The translations under genes and the position numbers were made by a program. DNA of 64,000 bases from Podarcis pityusensis. Taxonomy: Eukaryota. Location of the stretch: assembly GCA_964106645.2 (NCBI GenBank), contig OZ067045.1, one strand, 5' to 3'. The notes beneath the pieces are model-generated. The model did not search any database and was not told the DNA's origin. It was given only the letters and a program-made list of their open reading frames with translations. Positions 49,431-61,564 of the stretch are shown piece by piece. Each line of letters opens with the position of its first letter. The first letter of the stretch is position 1.

Positions 49431-50010
49431 GATCAACCATTTCATTGGTAAATGAAGGAATAAAAGGTTTTAAGATAATTCAGTGCACAGAAGCATTTTA
49501 GTTCTCCTTTACTCTCTGCCAAACAGAGAGAAAAAGATGGGATACAAATGCAATGGCAAATAAATAAGTAGGAGAATTTTCCAGAAAACCCAACTTGCTG
49601 TGTATCAAGGAGGCCAATAAGTTGGCGGGGCAGAGGTGGTGTGTGCGCAGGTATTGGGAAGCGAGTGTAACTGAAGCCTGGAAGAGTCACGAGTACCGGG
49701 CAAAGATGGGTCACTTGGGAGGGTTTGTGTACTGAGAGAGACACTCCCTTCATTATCATCGCTGCTTCTGAAGCAAAGCTCCCCACCCTCAGGGCAGTTA
49801 ACTTTGTCCTCTTGGACAAGGCTGAGAGCGGCTGTTGTTTTCCCCTCTACGTGACAGTGACCCTGCTTCTCTTACCGGCTTTTCTGGTTCAGATCGTCTG
49901 CTCAAAGCCCTTGCCCCTAGATGGGAGGCTGCTTGCTGCTAGATGCTTCTCTGTGTGATGCGTTGTGCTGATTTTGCCACCTTCCAGTGGGCGTGGGTAA
50001 CTCTGTATAC

Positions 50011-50267
50011 CATGGGTAGGCAACCTAAGGCTCGGGGGCTGGATCTGGCCCAATCGCCTTCTAAATCCGGTCCACAGGCGGTCTGGGAATCAGCATGTTT
50101 TTACATGAGTAGAATGCGTCCTTTTATTTAAAATGCATCTCTGGGTTATTTGTGGGGCATAGGAATTCGTTCAAACCCCCCCCCCCCGAAAAAATATATA
50201 GTCCGGCCCCCCACAAGGTCTGAGAGACAGTGGACCGGCTCCCTCCCTGTCAGTTTGCTGACCCCTG
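50011..50267. mobile_element. hAT (Charlie-like) MITE with 8-bp TSD
   Basis: CATGGGTAGGCAA ... TTTGCTGACCCCTG. TSD CTGTATAC at 50003-50010 and 50268-50275. Confidence 0.88.
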
Positions 50268-50399
50268 CTGTATACGGTGCCTCTGCCTTGCGTGTGACAG
50301 TATCTTTCAGATAGTCCTGGAATGTCCCAAAATTACCTTTCTGTGCATCCTGGTAGTGTTTTGAATCTCTGGACTTCTAGTCCATATGCCCTTGGACGA

Positions 50400-50556
50400 G
50401 CTGGGATAACTCAGTCAGTAGAACATGAGACTTGCTCTCAGGGTTGTAGGTTTGAGCCCCACACTGGGCAAAAGATTCTTGCATTAATAGAATAGTGCAG
50501 GGGGTTGGACTAGGTGACCCTCGTTGTCCCTTCCAACTCTGCAATTATGAGTCTAT
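50400..50556 (+). mobile_element. tRNA-Lys/CR1-tail SINE
   Basis: ggataactcagtcagtagaacatgagact...gagccccacactgggcaaaagatt...ggggttggactaggtgaccc...ccttccaactct. Confidence 0.75.
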
Positions 50557-53500
50557 TACTTTTGTGATGGGTGATGATTCAGATTGAGCTGGATTCCTCC
50601 GGGCAGGGCCAAGAGGGGACAGCTATTTTTACAATTAGATTTTCTGTTTATAGCCCAAATATGTAACCCTGTATAAAAACAGGCAAACCAATAGTTTTAG
50701 AATGATCCTTTTGCACAGCTCCCACCATGAATTTCCATCATGAATTTCCCAGGAGAAATTTCCAGGGGACTGTTGCCCCTTGGCTCAAGTCTGCTTTGCA
50801 CATGGAAATTCCCAGGTTCAGTGCCCTTCGGCTCCAGGAAAATGAGCCCTGCTTGAAATCTGACTGTCTGACTGAAATCTGACTGAAGTTGCTGCTAGTT
50901 GATACACCATTCTGGCCAGACGGACCATGGATCTCATTCTGTACAAGGCAGATTACTGTGTTCCTATTTAGAATTCATTTAGAATTATGAGGACTGAAAT
51001 CTTACTTGGCCCTACAAAGGGCTCCAGCTCACTGACAGAGCCTATGCTTTACACCAGTGTTTCCCAAACTTTTTCCAAACCAGTTGTTTTTAGACTGCAA
51101 CTCCTATCATCCCTAGCTAGCAGGACCAGTGGTCAGAGATGATGGGAATGATGGTGATGAAGGGCCAGCTAGGGCTGCTTGAAACCCTGGAGCTGTCCAC
51201 GAAGTAGACAGACATCTTAGATGGCCCCGTGGTCTGACGAAGGCTGTGTACACACATTCGCATCACACTGCTCCTCTTTTAAGAGCCTCCCCAATCCGCC
51301 CCTCCTGCCCCACTCATTCAGCTGCCTTTGCTTCCCTTGTGGTCCCTAACAGGAAAGAGTCCAGCATCCTGAGTTTTATCTGCTCCTGTGGAAAGGAGAC
51401 ACCGTTAACTGTGGGCAACCACAAGGCTGCTTTTCTCGGACTTGTGGTGTGCAGATGAGCCCCTGGCTGCAACCAGCCTGCAGATTATGCTTTGGCTTAG
51501 ATAGGGGCAGGGAACTCGCTTTGCTCTGAGGGAGTCCTGGAGGGTTGTTGAGAAGGGAATGTGGCTTTTTGGATGAAAAAGGTTCCCCACCCCAGCCTCT
51601 GAGCATGTGCTTAGCCCGGCAATACGGGTTTGTATCAGAAATGATTTTACTGTCCTTTTGCCCAAGAAAGCCTGAGGTTTCTTCATTTCTGCTGCATAAC
51701 GCGGGTGGATGGGGAGTGATTTTATAGTTGCAGAAACTCTCCCCCATCTGAAACCCCAAAGGGCTGCTCTCTGCCAGTGTGGACAATACTGACCTAGATG
51801 GAGCAGTGATTTGACCTGGTACAATACAAGGTAGCCTCTTATATTCCAAAGTAGATCCCAGAACTGCTGCCTGGGACCCTGCGGTTTGTGGGAGGGGCCT
51901 TTCAGGAGGAATTTGAACATTCCTGTGTTCCCAGGGATTTGACAGCAGAAGGATCCTGAGATCACTGAATGAGACAATTTTTTAAAGGAAAAAATATTTT
52001 TAGAATGCTTTAACTGTAACTCTTTTTAGAATGTTTAAACTATTTTTAGATTGCTTTTTTGGGGATTCACTGGCGGAGGAAGAGGAGTGTGGGGGGAGCG
52101 CACCGCCCCTGGCAGCGCAATCCCAGTGGCGTGCCATCGTGGCTGCCCCCCCACCCGTGCTGGACGCTACACCCCCGCTGTCGCGCCACGCCCCCAAGAC
52201 GCGCGCCAGCCCTGCCCCACCTTCTCTCCATGCCCCCCCCCCCCCCGGTGCCGGATCATGAAGCTCCGCAAATGTGGGATTTATGGTTGTTTTGTTAAGG
52301 ATGCATTTTGCCACCCTGGGCTCCTGCATGAAGAAAGGCTGGATAAATATGTCCAATAAATAAAACAAATCTTTTGAATTCATTAAATGAATAAGGGAAC
52401 CTCCATTTTAGTTGAAACAACACTACCACTTTCCCCAAAGGGAAACTTCAGAATGAAGCTGAAGTAAACAGAAAATGGATTTCATTAGCAAATCTGACAG
52501 TGGAGACCTTGGGTCTTAGCAGATCCTGGGTGTGGCTGCTTCACTACAGAAAATGATTTTTCTCCTTGAGGTGCCTATTTGCCCTGCGGATCTGGCCCTG
52601 CCCATGTGCCTCACCCAGTGGCAGCTCGCCAGAAGGGAGTCACACCCCTCTTGATGGGCTCTCCTCTTCCTTGGGTTGGATCTCGTGTTCATAGGTACAC
52701 CTGCAGTGCTTTCTCTCTTGTATTGCTTGACCTTCTGTCCTTGCTTTGTGGTTTAGTTATTTTTAAATAAATTCTGTACTCAGAGTTGTTGCAGCAACTC
52801 AGCTAAGGACCGAGCTAGACGAAGCACCCTAAATGCAATTGGCGATTTTGTGGATGGCTTATTAAAAGTAAAATACCTGGTCCCTGGAGGTGCGGAGGGG
52901 GCAATCTGAACTGCATCCTGGTGTGGGAGGAAGGGCATATGGGTTTTAGATCATAGCCCCCCCCCGCCCCCCCAGCAGTTCCAATCCAGTTTGGCTCTCC
53001 CCCCCCCCCCCCCCGCTTCCCCCAGGCCTTCTTCTTGCGTTGGAAGGAAAACTCCATCCATGCCTATAAAGTTTTTCTTATAGTGCAGATAGCAGCCATA
53101 ACCAGCCTGAAATGGGTCATGATTACCGTGGGGAGGGGCTTAAAACCCCTAACCTTCCTTCCCTGTCACTTTCCATGCATACTATTTAGGTTTTTTTAAG
53201 CCGTTCACACTCTTTCTGTGTAAACTGGTGTCTTGTCCAGTTTGGCACCCTGGTGGCCGCTTGGTGTTTCTGATGAAGCCATTCTGGCCCCGTGTGCACA
53301 CAGTGATGAACCTTTGTGGCTTATTGTGGCTTCCTGCTTGCAAGCAGTAATCTGGTGCACACTGCCTTATCGCTCCCACAGAGATAATGGCTTTGGGCTC
53401 CCTAACATACCATGAGGGCTAACCAGCCAAGGACTCTTAAGGCTTTTGCCCATTAAAACCTTGTGCCATAGCAAACTGTTCAGTCTTTAAGGGGCCACAG

Positions 53501-54764
53501 GTCTCTCTGATATATAGAGGCATTTCCCCATAAATCCCAGTTTGCAGGGGGTGGTGAGGCAACAAGACAAACCGGCTGCCTTTAGCATTCAAGCAAGGAT
53601 GTTGGACTAGGATTTGACCCAGCAAGACCATCCTTGGGTTCTTAATTGGCTTTGGCAGCTGAACCGGCACAGAAAGCGGTGTGGTGTTGTGGTTAGGGTA
53701 TTGGACTAGGACCTGGGAGACGAGGGTTCAAGTCCCCTGCTCAGTCATCAGCTCACAGGGTTGTTGTGAAGATTATGTGGCGAGCGGGGGGGGGGGGGAG
53801 TGTCATGTACACCACTTCAAGCTCCTTGAAGGAAAGGCGAGATGGAAAAGCTAATGATTATGATAATTGGAATTGGAATGAACGGAGCCTCCAGGCTCAA
53901 AGGCTGCAATGCCTGCCATATAGAAACACCGTGCCCTGAGGTTGAGGGGGTTCATCCTGAGTAAGCCTGCATTTCTGTCTGTCTGTATACATTCACACCA
54001 TCAACTGCTTCACTTTCTGGCTTTTGGTGTCCTTTCCACCCTCTCTTTTTAGTGCAGGGCCCAGAGATCCCTGGCAGCGACTGGCAGGCAGAGAAGGACA
54101 GGCACCTGGGGAGAGGTCCTGCCAGGATGCGCCTTGCTTGGCAGTGGCAGCCCCCAGTGGGCTGCTCTGCCGCCTTTGCCAGGGCAGGGCGGGAATTCCT
54201 GCCACCAAGCAGGCACCTGTGGATGGGTGCCTGGTTGCGCCCCCTAAAATTTTTGCACCTGGGGCCAGCCCCCCCCCCCGCTATGCCACTGGGTCCCGAC
54301 TACACCACCCAAGTTCCTGCACGATCTCGCAGGAGCATCCTGGCATGCAGTAAGACCTGTGGACCTGGCATGCAGTAAGAGAGCTTAAAATCTATGGTGC
54401 TTGATGCAGAAATCCAGGGGGTGGACTAGGGGTCTCCTGCAATTCCACTTGCCTGAAGTATTTTGGACTGGGGGGAGCAATCCCCCAATCTCTTCCCAGG
54501 TTCTTTGATGATGGCATTGCACGGAGTCACTGCTGGCCGCAGGAGCCTTCTTGCTGCGTGAGGTCACCATTGCCTATTTTGGGAACTGGAGTTAGTGTGA
54601 CTTAATCCTCTTCAATTATGGCTGTCTGGGAACCCGGTGACAGAGCACACAGCAGTCTGGCAGCGCTAGCAGACTGAAACCTCCCAGCAAGGGACGGTTG
54701 TGTATGTTGCAGAGCTAGGAATTGGGAAGCTGCCTTCTGCCGAGCCAGACTGTCCAGCCCAGTA

Positions 54765-54811
54765 CAGTGGTACCTCGGGTTAAATACTTAATTCGTTCTG
54801 GAGGTCCGTTC
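54765..54811. mobile_element. Orphan left end of a Tigger-like MITE
   Basis: TA followed by CAGTGGTACCTCGG...ttaattcgttctggag; the same terminus type as 21341. Truncated by a poly-T tract. Confidence 0.6.
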
Positions 54812-55147
54812 TTTTTTTTTTAAATATAATTTTTATTAAAATTTTTCATTATATCAATTCCAACATCAAACAAATTTTCACAAATTTCAGTTTTTGGACT
54901 TCCATCAGCTTCTCTGTCAAACATCCATATTTTCCCATTTTTACACATTTTCTAAGTTTAATATTGCATTTTAATATTACTTTTTCAATCCTCTTTCTGT
55001 TTAACAAATATTCCTCTACCTTTCACAAAGCCTCTTTAAATCCCACTAGCGTTGTTTGTTCATCACATGTACTTTTCAGATATTCAGTAAATTTTTCCCA
55101 GTCCTCGATGAACTTGTGTTCCCGTTGATATCTAATCTTCCAGTCCA
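54812..55147 (-). mobile_element. 5'-truncated L1-type LINE (ORF2 C-terminus, 3'UTR, polyA)
   Basis: The minus strand encodes KIRYQREHKFIEDWEKFTEYLKSTCDEQTTLVGFKEAL*, then an A-rich UTR, AATAAA and a polyA tail (poly-T on +). Confidence 0.7.
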
Positions 55148-55766
55148 ATCCAGTCTTTTATAGGGAGTGAATCCTATTGAATTCAATGGAATTTACTTCA
55201 GAGTAAACGTGCATAGCATCATGCTGCACACAATTTGGTGTGTCCCCCCACATGACATACAATTAACATGTTTTCACAGCCACAAAGTGTGGTAGTGCCT
55301 GTTGGCATTTGGCGATATATTGCCTTGAGCTTTTACTCAGTCTGCCATGGCTGACATAACCACTGGTAGATCTGTTCTCCATGATTTTGTCCTCCCCTCT
55401 CTCTCTTTTTAAAAAAGCTCCCCAAATTTGTGACCTTCACCATATCTTGTGGTAGTTTGATAAAGCAAGGATGGGGCTTGGAGCTGAGCGAGGGGCTGAG
55501 TTGAGTCATTTGGATCTGCTTCTCAAGGCTTTGTGTGTTTCCTGCTTCCCGGATAACAAAAGCTCAGTGCCTTGCCTAAGGTTCAGGAGAAGAACTTTGC
55601 ACATGTGTTGTGTGGGCAAAAATGACTAATTTATTTAAATCATTTCTATACAGCTTTATCTCTTTAAAAAAAAAAATGATAAACAGTTTACAATCTAAAT
55701 TAAAACATCAAATAAAGCATTGCAAAATGCGAAAGCACTATATATGAAGGTTAAATATACAATATA

Positions 55767-56323
55767 CCGTATTTTTCGCTCTAAAGGACGCACCGGACCA
55801 TAAGACGCATCTAGTTTTAGAGGGGGCGAACAAGAAAAAAAATATCTCTCCCTCTATGCGCAGAGCCCCTTCAGCGAAGTGGCAGGAGAAACGGAGCCCC
55901 TTCCATTTCTCCTCCCGCTTGGCTGAAGGGGCGCTGCGCAGAGAGGGAAAGGTGTGCAGCGCCTCTCCAGCGAAGTGAAGCCAGGAGAGCAAGAGGGATC
56001 TTGCTCTCCTGGCTTCAGCAAAAGCAACGCAAAGCCTCTGGAGCGCAGCGGAAGCTCTCCCTGCGCTCCGGAGGCTTCAGGCGGCTATCCCTGAAGCCTG
56101 GAGAGCAAGAGGGGTCGGTGCGCACCAACCCCTCTCGCTCTCCTGGCTTCAGCGAAAGCAACGCAAAGCCTCTGGAGCGCAGGGGGAGCTGCTACTGCGC
56201 TTTGGAGGTTTTGCGTTGCTTTCGCTGAAGCCAAGGAGCCTGCATTCGCTCCATAAGACGCACACACATTTCCCCTTAATTTTTGGAGCGGAAAAAGTGC
56301 GTCTTATAGAGCAAAAAATATGG
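55767..56323. mobile_element. Tc1/mariner (Tc2-like) MITE with TA TSD
   Basis: TA|CCGTATTTTTCGCTCTAAAGGACGCAC ... GTGCGTCTTATAGAGCAAAAAATATGG|TA inverted termini, with subterminal CCATAAGACGCA repeats. Confidence 0.85.
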
Positions 56324-57657
56324 TACATTTAAAGCAGCATAATTAACAGAAAAACAAAATATTCATACAAACTGTTGCATCCCATAGCTTTAGATGTTAG
56401 GAAAAACAGCATCTTGTCTTTGGCAGGTAACAGCTGCCACCCAAGACACAGTGTCTTCTTTCTGTCTATCTGCAGGTTTTAAAATTGCGAGGACAGCATC
56501 AGTTGTTATCTCTTAGTTTCACTAGCCAAGGGACATCAGCTTCCACCTTGGACTTCCCACGGTGATGTTTGATGCTGAAATTGAAATCAGCCATTATTGC
56601 TACTTGCCAGTGAATGGTGGCATTATACCTGGTGGAGTAAAGCCATATTCTAAGGCGGTGTTATCACTGTTAGTTTCTGTTTCTCACTGAGCAGCTGCGT
56701 GGAGTCACAGGTTGAACGGAGTTCCAACAATCACTGTAGCCAGAACTTTCCAAACTGTGTGTTGTGACCCGTTAGTGTGCCGGCTGCAGTGGCATAGGTG
56801 TCTTGCACGAGCGCCTTCCCACACTCCTCCCAGGACTGGAAAGGGGTTAGTTTAACCTCTGCTTTGCTAGTAAAACTCAATTACTGTGTCGCAAAATGAT
56901 GCATGTCTAAAAAGTGTGTCATTAACATGAAAAGTCTGGAAAGCTTTTTTGTAGACCATAATATTAATTCATTCATTTCATAAAATCTATTTACTGCTTG
57001 AGTGTAAAAAACTTTAAAGCAGTTTACAAAAAGATAAAACAATATAATCGAGGAAAAATCACAACCATACTATAAAACATGCAAAAATTAAAATACTAAG
57101 ACAGATTAAAATGACCTCAACTTTCTAAGCACCTGAGTCGGCTTGTCTGACCAAGAATGTTCCAGCAGGTGTCAAGAAGAGCACAGGGAGTCCCAGAGTG
57201 CAGGTCCTGCCACAGGAAGCAACTGAGCACCTTCAAATTCAGAACGGGCATTGTGTGGCACCTGTAGCAGTGCCAGCGGCCAAGTGGGCACATGTGGGAC
57301 AAGCCCATCTCATAAGTAATAGAGATTGTTCTGGAGCCTCTCTGCGACCGTCCACTGCAAGGCCAGGAACTCCAGTTTTCCTGAGTGCTTGCGATACGTT
57401 TTCTGTCCTGGTGCTAATGTCCTTGACCCATAGCCAGTATCTCAGCTGGCTTCATGGCATTGGTAGAGAATGGCACCGAGCCCTTCGCTGAGGGCATCTG
57501 TCAACAGGTAGACTAAAAGGCAATGACCTATTTGGGGTCTCCAGCACAGCTATTTATGTCAGGAGATTGTTCTGGGCCATCAATACACTTTGGAGTTGAT
57601 CAGTCCAGGTCAACACCACTACTTTAAAAGGATAGACTAAAGAGGCTTGATACATGT

Positions 57658-57770
57658 CTGGGATAGCTCAGCTGGGAGAGCATGAGACTCTTAACCCCGG
57701 GGTCATAGGTTTGAGCCCCATGTTGAGACTAGATGGCTTTTGTGGTCCCTTCCAACTCTATGATTCTATA
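57658..57770 (+). mobile_element. tRNA-Lys/CR1-tail SINE (internally deleted)
   Basis: ggatagctcagctgggagagcatgagactcttaa...gagccccatgttg, then gactagatg...cccttccaactctatgattcta. Confidence 0.75.
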
Positions 57771-57829
57771 TTTTAAAAGCACCATGAATGTGAATGTATC
57801 ATAAGCATCACTGTTGTGGGACATCTAGG

Positions 57830-58050
57830 AGGAGATCTTTGTAGAAATAATGAAAAATACTGGGAAAAGCTGTTAAAGAAGACGAAAGAAAACCTCCCAA
57901 AATAGTATTGTTGGGTATATTCAGTGGAAACAACCGAGGGTTATTATATAAACATTTAATTGGTGACTTATTAATGGCAGCAAGAATACTGATAGCTAGA
58001 AATTGGAAAGAGGTAAAGGGTTTAAGTGTACAAAAATGGTATAATGTCAT
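57830..58050 (+). mobile_element. L1-type LINE ORF2 C-terminal fragment
   Basis: Encodes IVLLGIF...LLMAARILIARNWKE...KWY, the AAR..IA..WK motif typical of L1/Tx1 ORF2 ends. Confidence 0.65.
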
Positions 58051-58323
58051 TGTCTGAAAAACAAACGCAAAAACTTTGTGTACTTAGAGGGCACAAATAG
58101 AGGGAGACTTTTATGGTGGACTGATGGCCATTCATCCAGCCCAGAAACAAAGAATCTGTGGGACAAACTGTGCCTGCTGCGTTGCATAATACACAATTGC
58201 ATTAGCATCTTCCTTTATACTGACATAAGCAACTTTTGGACTCTCTCCAGTGTTTATATGGATTTTACTCTTATTATTTAGATCTGAACTGTATCATACT
58301 GGCCTCATGACCCAGAAGCTGTA

Positions 58324-58417
58324 CACCGGCTCCCTCGGCCAACAAAGCGAGATGAGCGCCGCAACCCCAGAGTCGGTCACGACTGGACCTCATGGTCAGG
58401 GGTCCCTTTACCTTTAC
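58324..58417 (+). mobile_element. Sauria SINE 3' fragment
   Basis: caccggctccctcggccaacaaagcgagatgagcgccgcaaccccagagtcgg...ggggtccctttacctttac, with an (ACCTTT)n-type tail. Confidence 0.8.
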
Positions 58418-59774
58418 ATAGGCCTTCAGGCTGGGTCAAAGGGGGGGCTCAGTTTGTCACCCCTTCAACACTTAATATAGGTGGCTTTTTACTTCTTTAT
58501 ATAATGGAGGGGGGATGGAAATGTAGGTCTTCTGAACTGGCTGTTGGTTTTATAGACTGATACCCGTCTGTAATGGTGGGATTTGCCCCAAGTTTCCATC
58601 AGCTATGGAAAATGCCCTGATTCTTCTCCCAGTATTTGTTGGGCCATTTCTTTCTGTGGTTCTGAAAGGCTACACATGTCTACAGATGGTCCAGATATAC
58701 TCTCTTGCCCCCTTCTTCCCATTGATATGATTCAGGATCAGTGCTAGAAACTGGGATTTAAAAGCTATTTGCCACTTGGCTCCTGGAACCCAGGTTGTGG
58801 GCACCAAAACAAAATGTCTAGTCCCATTTTTTTATTATTCAACAACACTTTTTATTTTTATCTTTTGAAAAGCAAGGATTAAAGATGTGCGTCTTTTGGT
58901 GCTGCACGAGCAAGGTGATCCACGGGGCATCGGGGCACCAAAAAGCTGTGTCTTCTGCCCCCGCGCTATCCCACAGATCAGCTGATTTGTGCAGCAGCGC
59001 AGCACCAAAAGAGGTGACATAGAAGATCTGGATAAAGAACCGAGGACGTCTCAGTTTTCAGTCCCATCACAGGCCCATCATCACTGAAGGCAAAATTGGT
59101 TCACAAGGATGAAAATAGGTCTTTAGAGTCACTCTGTGGAGTCTGTGGGACATATCCTGTCCTTGTCATTGATGACCATTCTTTTGGAGATCCAAAATAA
59201 AATCTGCAAAAAAAGATATGTCAGTTGGTCTTCTTAAGAAAGAAACAAATTTCAGTCCTATGAAGCGGCATAGCATGGGCAGGGCGTGGTCTCGGGCACA
59301 CAATCTGGGGGGGTGTGTGCAAACCAGCCCCCCTCCGCAGAGATCCCTGTCATGCCCTCTCTGGCTCTGCAGCAAGGGCTGGGGGAATGTGGAGGGTGAT
59401 GAGCCCCAGTGGTGCCAGCAGCAAGGGCTGGGTGAGTATGTTCCTACAGAAGCACAGAGAAAGGGAGAGTTCCTGCAACTATTGAAAATTAATGTAGTGG
59501 GTAAGGAAATGAGTGTTATCATATTATTAAACATGTAGACAGTGTGCAACACAATAAATCAGATTGTGAAGCAGCAGCTCTCAGTGAGTCCTGTCCTAAG
59601 CCTTTGTTCCAAGTTCAAGTCTTCCCTCATCCTGTCCATTTCTCATCTGGCTCCTTTTCAAAAACACCCCTCTGCAGCCTAAGCAGGAAGAGGTGAGCAA
59701 ATTAACTTTCTTTCTGAGCTGTTTGTGCAATTGAACAGAGGCCTAAAACTTGACTGTCCTGGGGCGGTGGGGGG

Positions 59775-59955
59775 GGGGCATAGCTCAGCGTTAGAGCATC
59801 TGTCCTGCATTCAGAAGGCCCCCAGGTTCAATCCTCAGCATTTCCAGGTGGGCTGGGAGAGACCCTTCTGTGAGACTCTGGAGAGCCACTGCCAGTCAGC
59901 GCAGGCAGCACAGAGCCAGATGGACCCGGGGTCGGCTTCTAGTCCAGGCTTCCCT
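59775..59955 (+). mobile_element. tRNA-derived squamate SINE (Squam3-like)
   Basis: catagctcagcgttagagcatctg...gcattcagaaggcccccaggttcaatcc (A/B boxes), then ctggagagccactgccagtcag. Related copies at ~22170-22285, ~60128-60260 and ~62445-62550 (+), and ~11275-11335 and ~34880-34975 (-). The family name is tentative. Confidence 0.65.
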
Positions 59956-61029
59956 CTCTTTTCGGAGAGAGTGGCTTGGTTTTTGCTTAAAGGGGCAGCA
60001 GCATATTAACATATTAACTAACCATGCAGACTGTACATTTACATATGATTAAGGCAGACTCCGGTTGCCTTGTACTGAGTCCGGCAGTGCCATGAGCGTC
60101 ACGACACCCCGGCGCCTGCCGTAAGGGAAGGGCGGTAGGCAGCTCAGTGGGTAGAGCACACGCTTTGGGTGCACCCCATACCCAGGTCCACTCTTTGGCG
60201 TCTCCAGGTAGGCCTGGAAGAGGCACCTGCCTGAAACCCTGGAGAGGCACTGCTAGTACTTGTCCAGTCTGGTGCCCTCCAGGTGGCTTGGACTACAACT
60301 CCCATCAGCCCAGGCCCGCACAGCCTGTTGGGAGTTGTAGTCCAACTGGGTGGGGAAGGCTGCTGCTGACAGGCTTGGTAGAAGGCAGGTTCTTGTGCCC
60401 TTCTCCTGTGTTCCTCTGCCATCTTCTTTAGGGACAAGGAAAAAGTGGTGGCAGCGGTGGTCTCTGCTGTGATCCCCAGCCTTGCCCAGGCTGCAGTTTC
60501 TTAGCAACACCCCTCTCTCTTTCCTGATGCCTCAAGGAGTTTACCACCCACCAGCTGTTTGCTTGTGGATTTCCTAGACTCCTAAACCCATAATCCTGGG
60601 TTTATCAGGCAGAGAGGAGAGCTTGGGAGGGAGCTGTGCATTTGCTTCTTAATTACTTTGGTTTCCCTGCTCTGTGGGATGGATCCCTGCGGGCCTGGGC
60701 TGCCTCTTATTGCTGTCCACTTGCAAAGTTCCTACACCGCTGCTCACAGGACAAAGTTCAGGCTCAGCGTTGGAGATGTGACTTTATTGGTGTGTAATGG
60801 CACTTCATTCCACCCAAGGGTGGTGAGAATCCGTGCTTGTGAGCAGATGGTGCGTAAAATGCCTCTCTAACTAAAATGTTAGTTTAGTTAGCTGTCTGTA
60901 GATTGCCTGTCATATGGGCAGATCAGCAAGAATGCCACAGTCTATTAAGCAAATAAAAATATCAAAAATCAAAAGATTTAAAAACTTCAAAAAGTGAAAT
61001 GCAACAACAGGGCAAATTAACATAATGCC

Positions 61030-61480
61030 GTTTCTGGAACTAAACATTGCAGGACCTGGGAACATTGGTGTGAAGACACCATAGCACCAATAGTTTTGCC
61101 GCCCGTTTGCGTTCCATTGGGAAGTGATTCCACAAAGAGGGAGCCACCACAGAAAAGGCTCTCTTCCCAGTCACCACCAAACACAATTCTCCACAATGGT
61201 GTACAGTTAAGGGGGCTCCTCAGCCATTTGCAGTGCCTGGATGTGGCTCTATGAGAAGAGGCGATCCATCAGATAACTTGATCCCAAGCTGTTTAGGGCT
61301 TTGTAGCTCAGAGCTAAAGCCTTAAACCTGTCCTGGAAGCTGACAGGCAGCCGCTGAGGTTCCTTCTGGCATGGTGTGACATGTGTCTGATTGGGCCCTG
61401 CAGTGCACAGCCAAGGTGCCACATTATCCACTGGCTGCACCTTCCAGGCCAGCCCTGAGGGCAGCTGCTGGAGGACGGGC
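61030..61480 (-). mobile_element. Degraded L2-type LINE fragment
   Basis: Minus-strand peptide HVTP...LPVSFQDRFKALALSYKALNSLGSSYLMDRL is a typical L2 RT C-terminus. Confidence 0.7.
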
Positions 61481-61564
61481 AGAACACGCCAGCCTTCACG
61501 CCTCCTCTGCTCCTTCTGCCGCTGCTTTCCCCCCTCATTGAGCACACAAAAAACAAGGGTGAGT

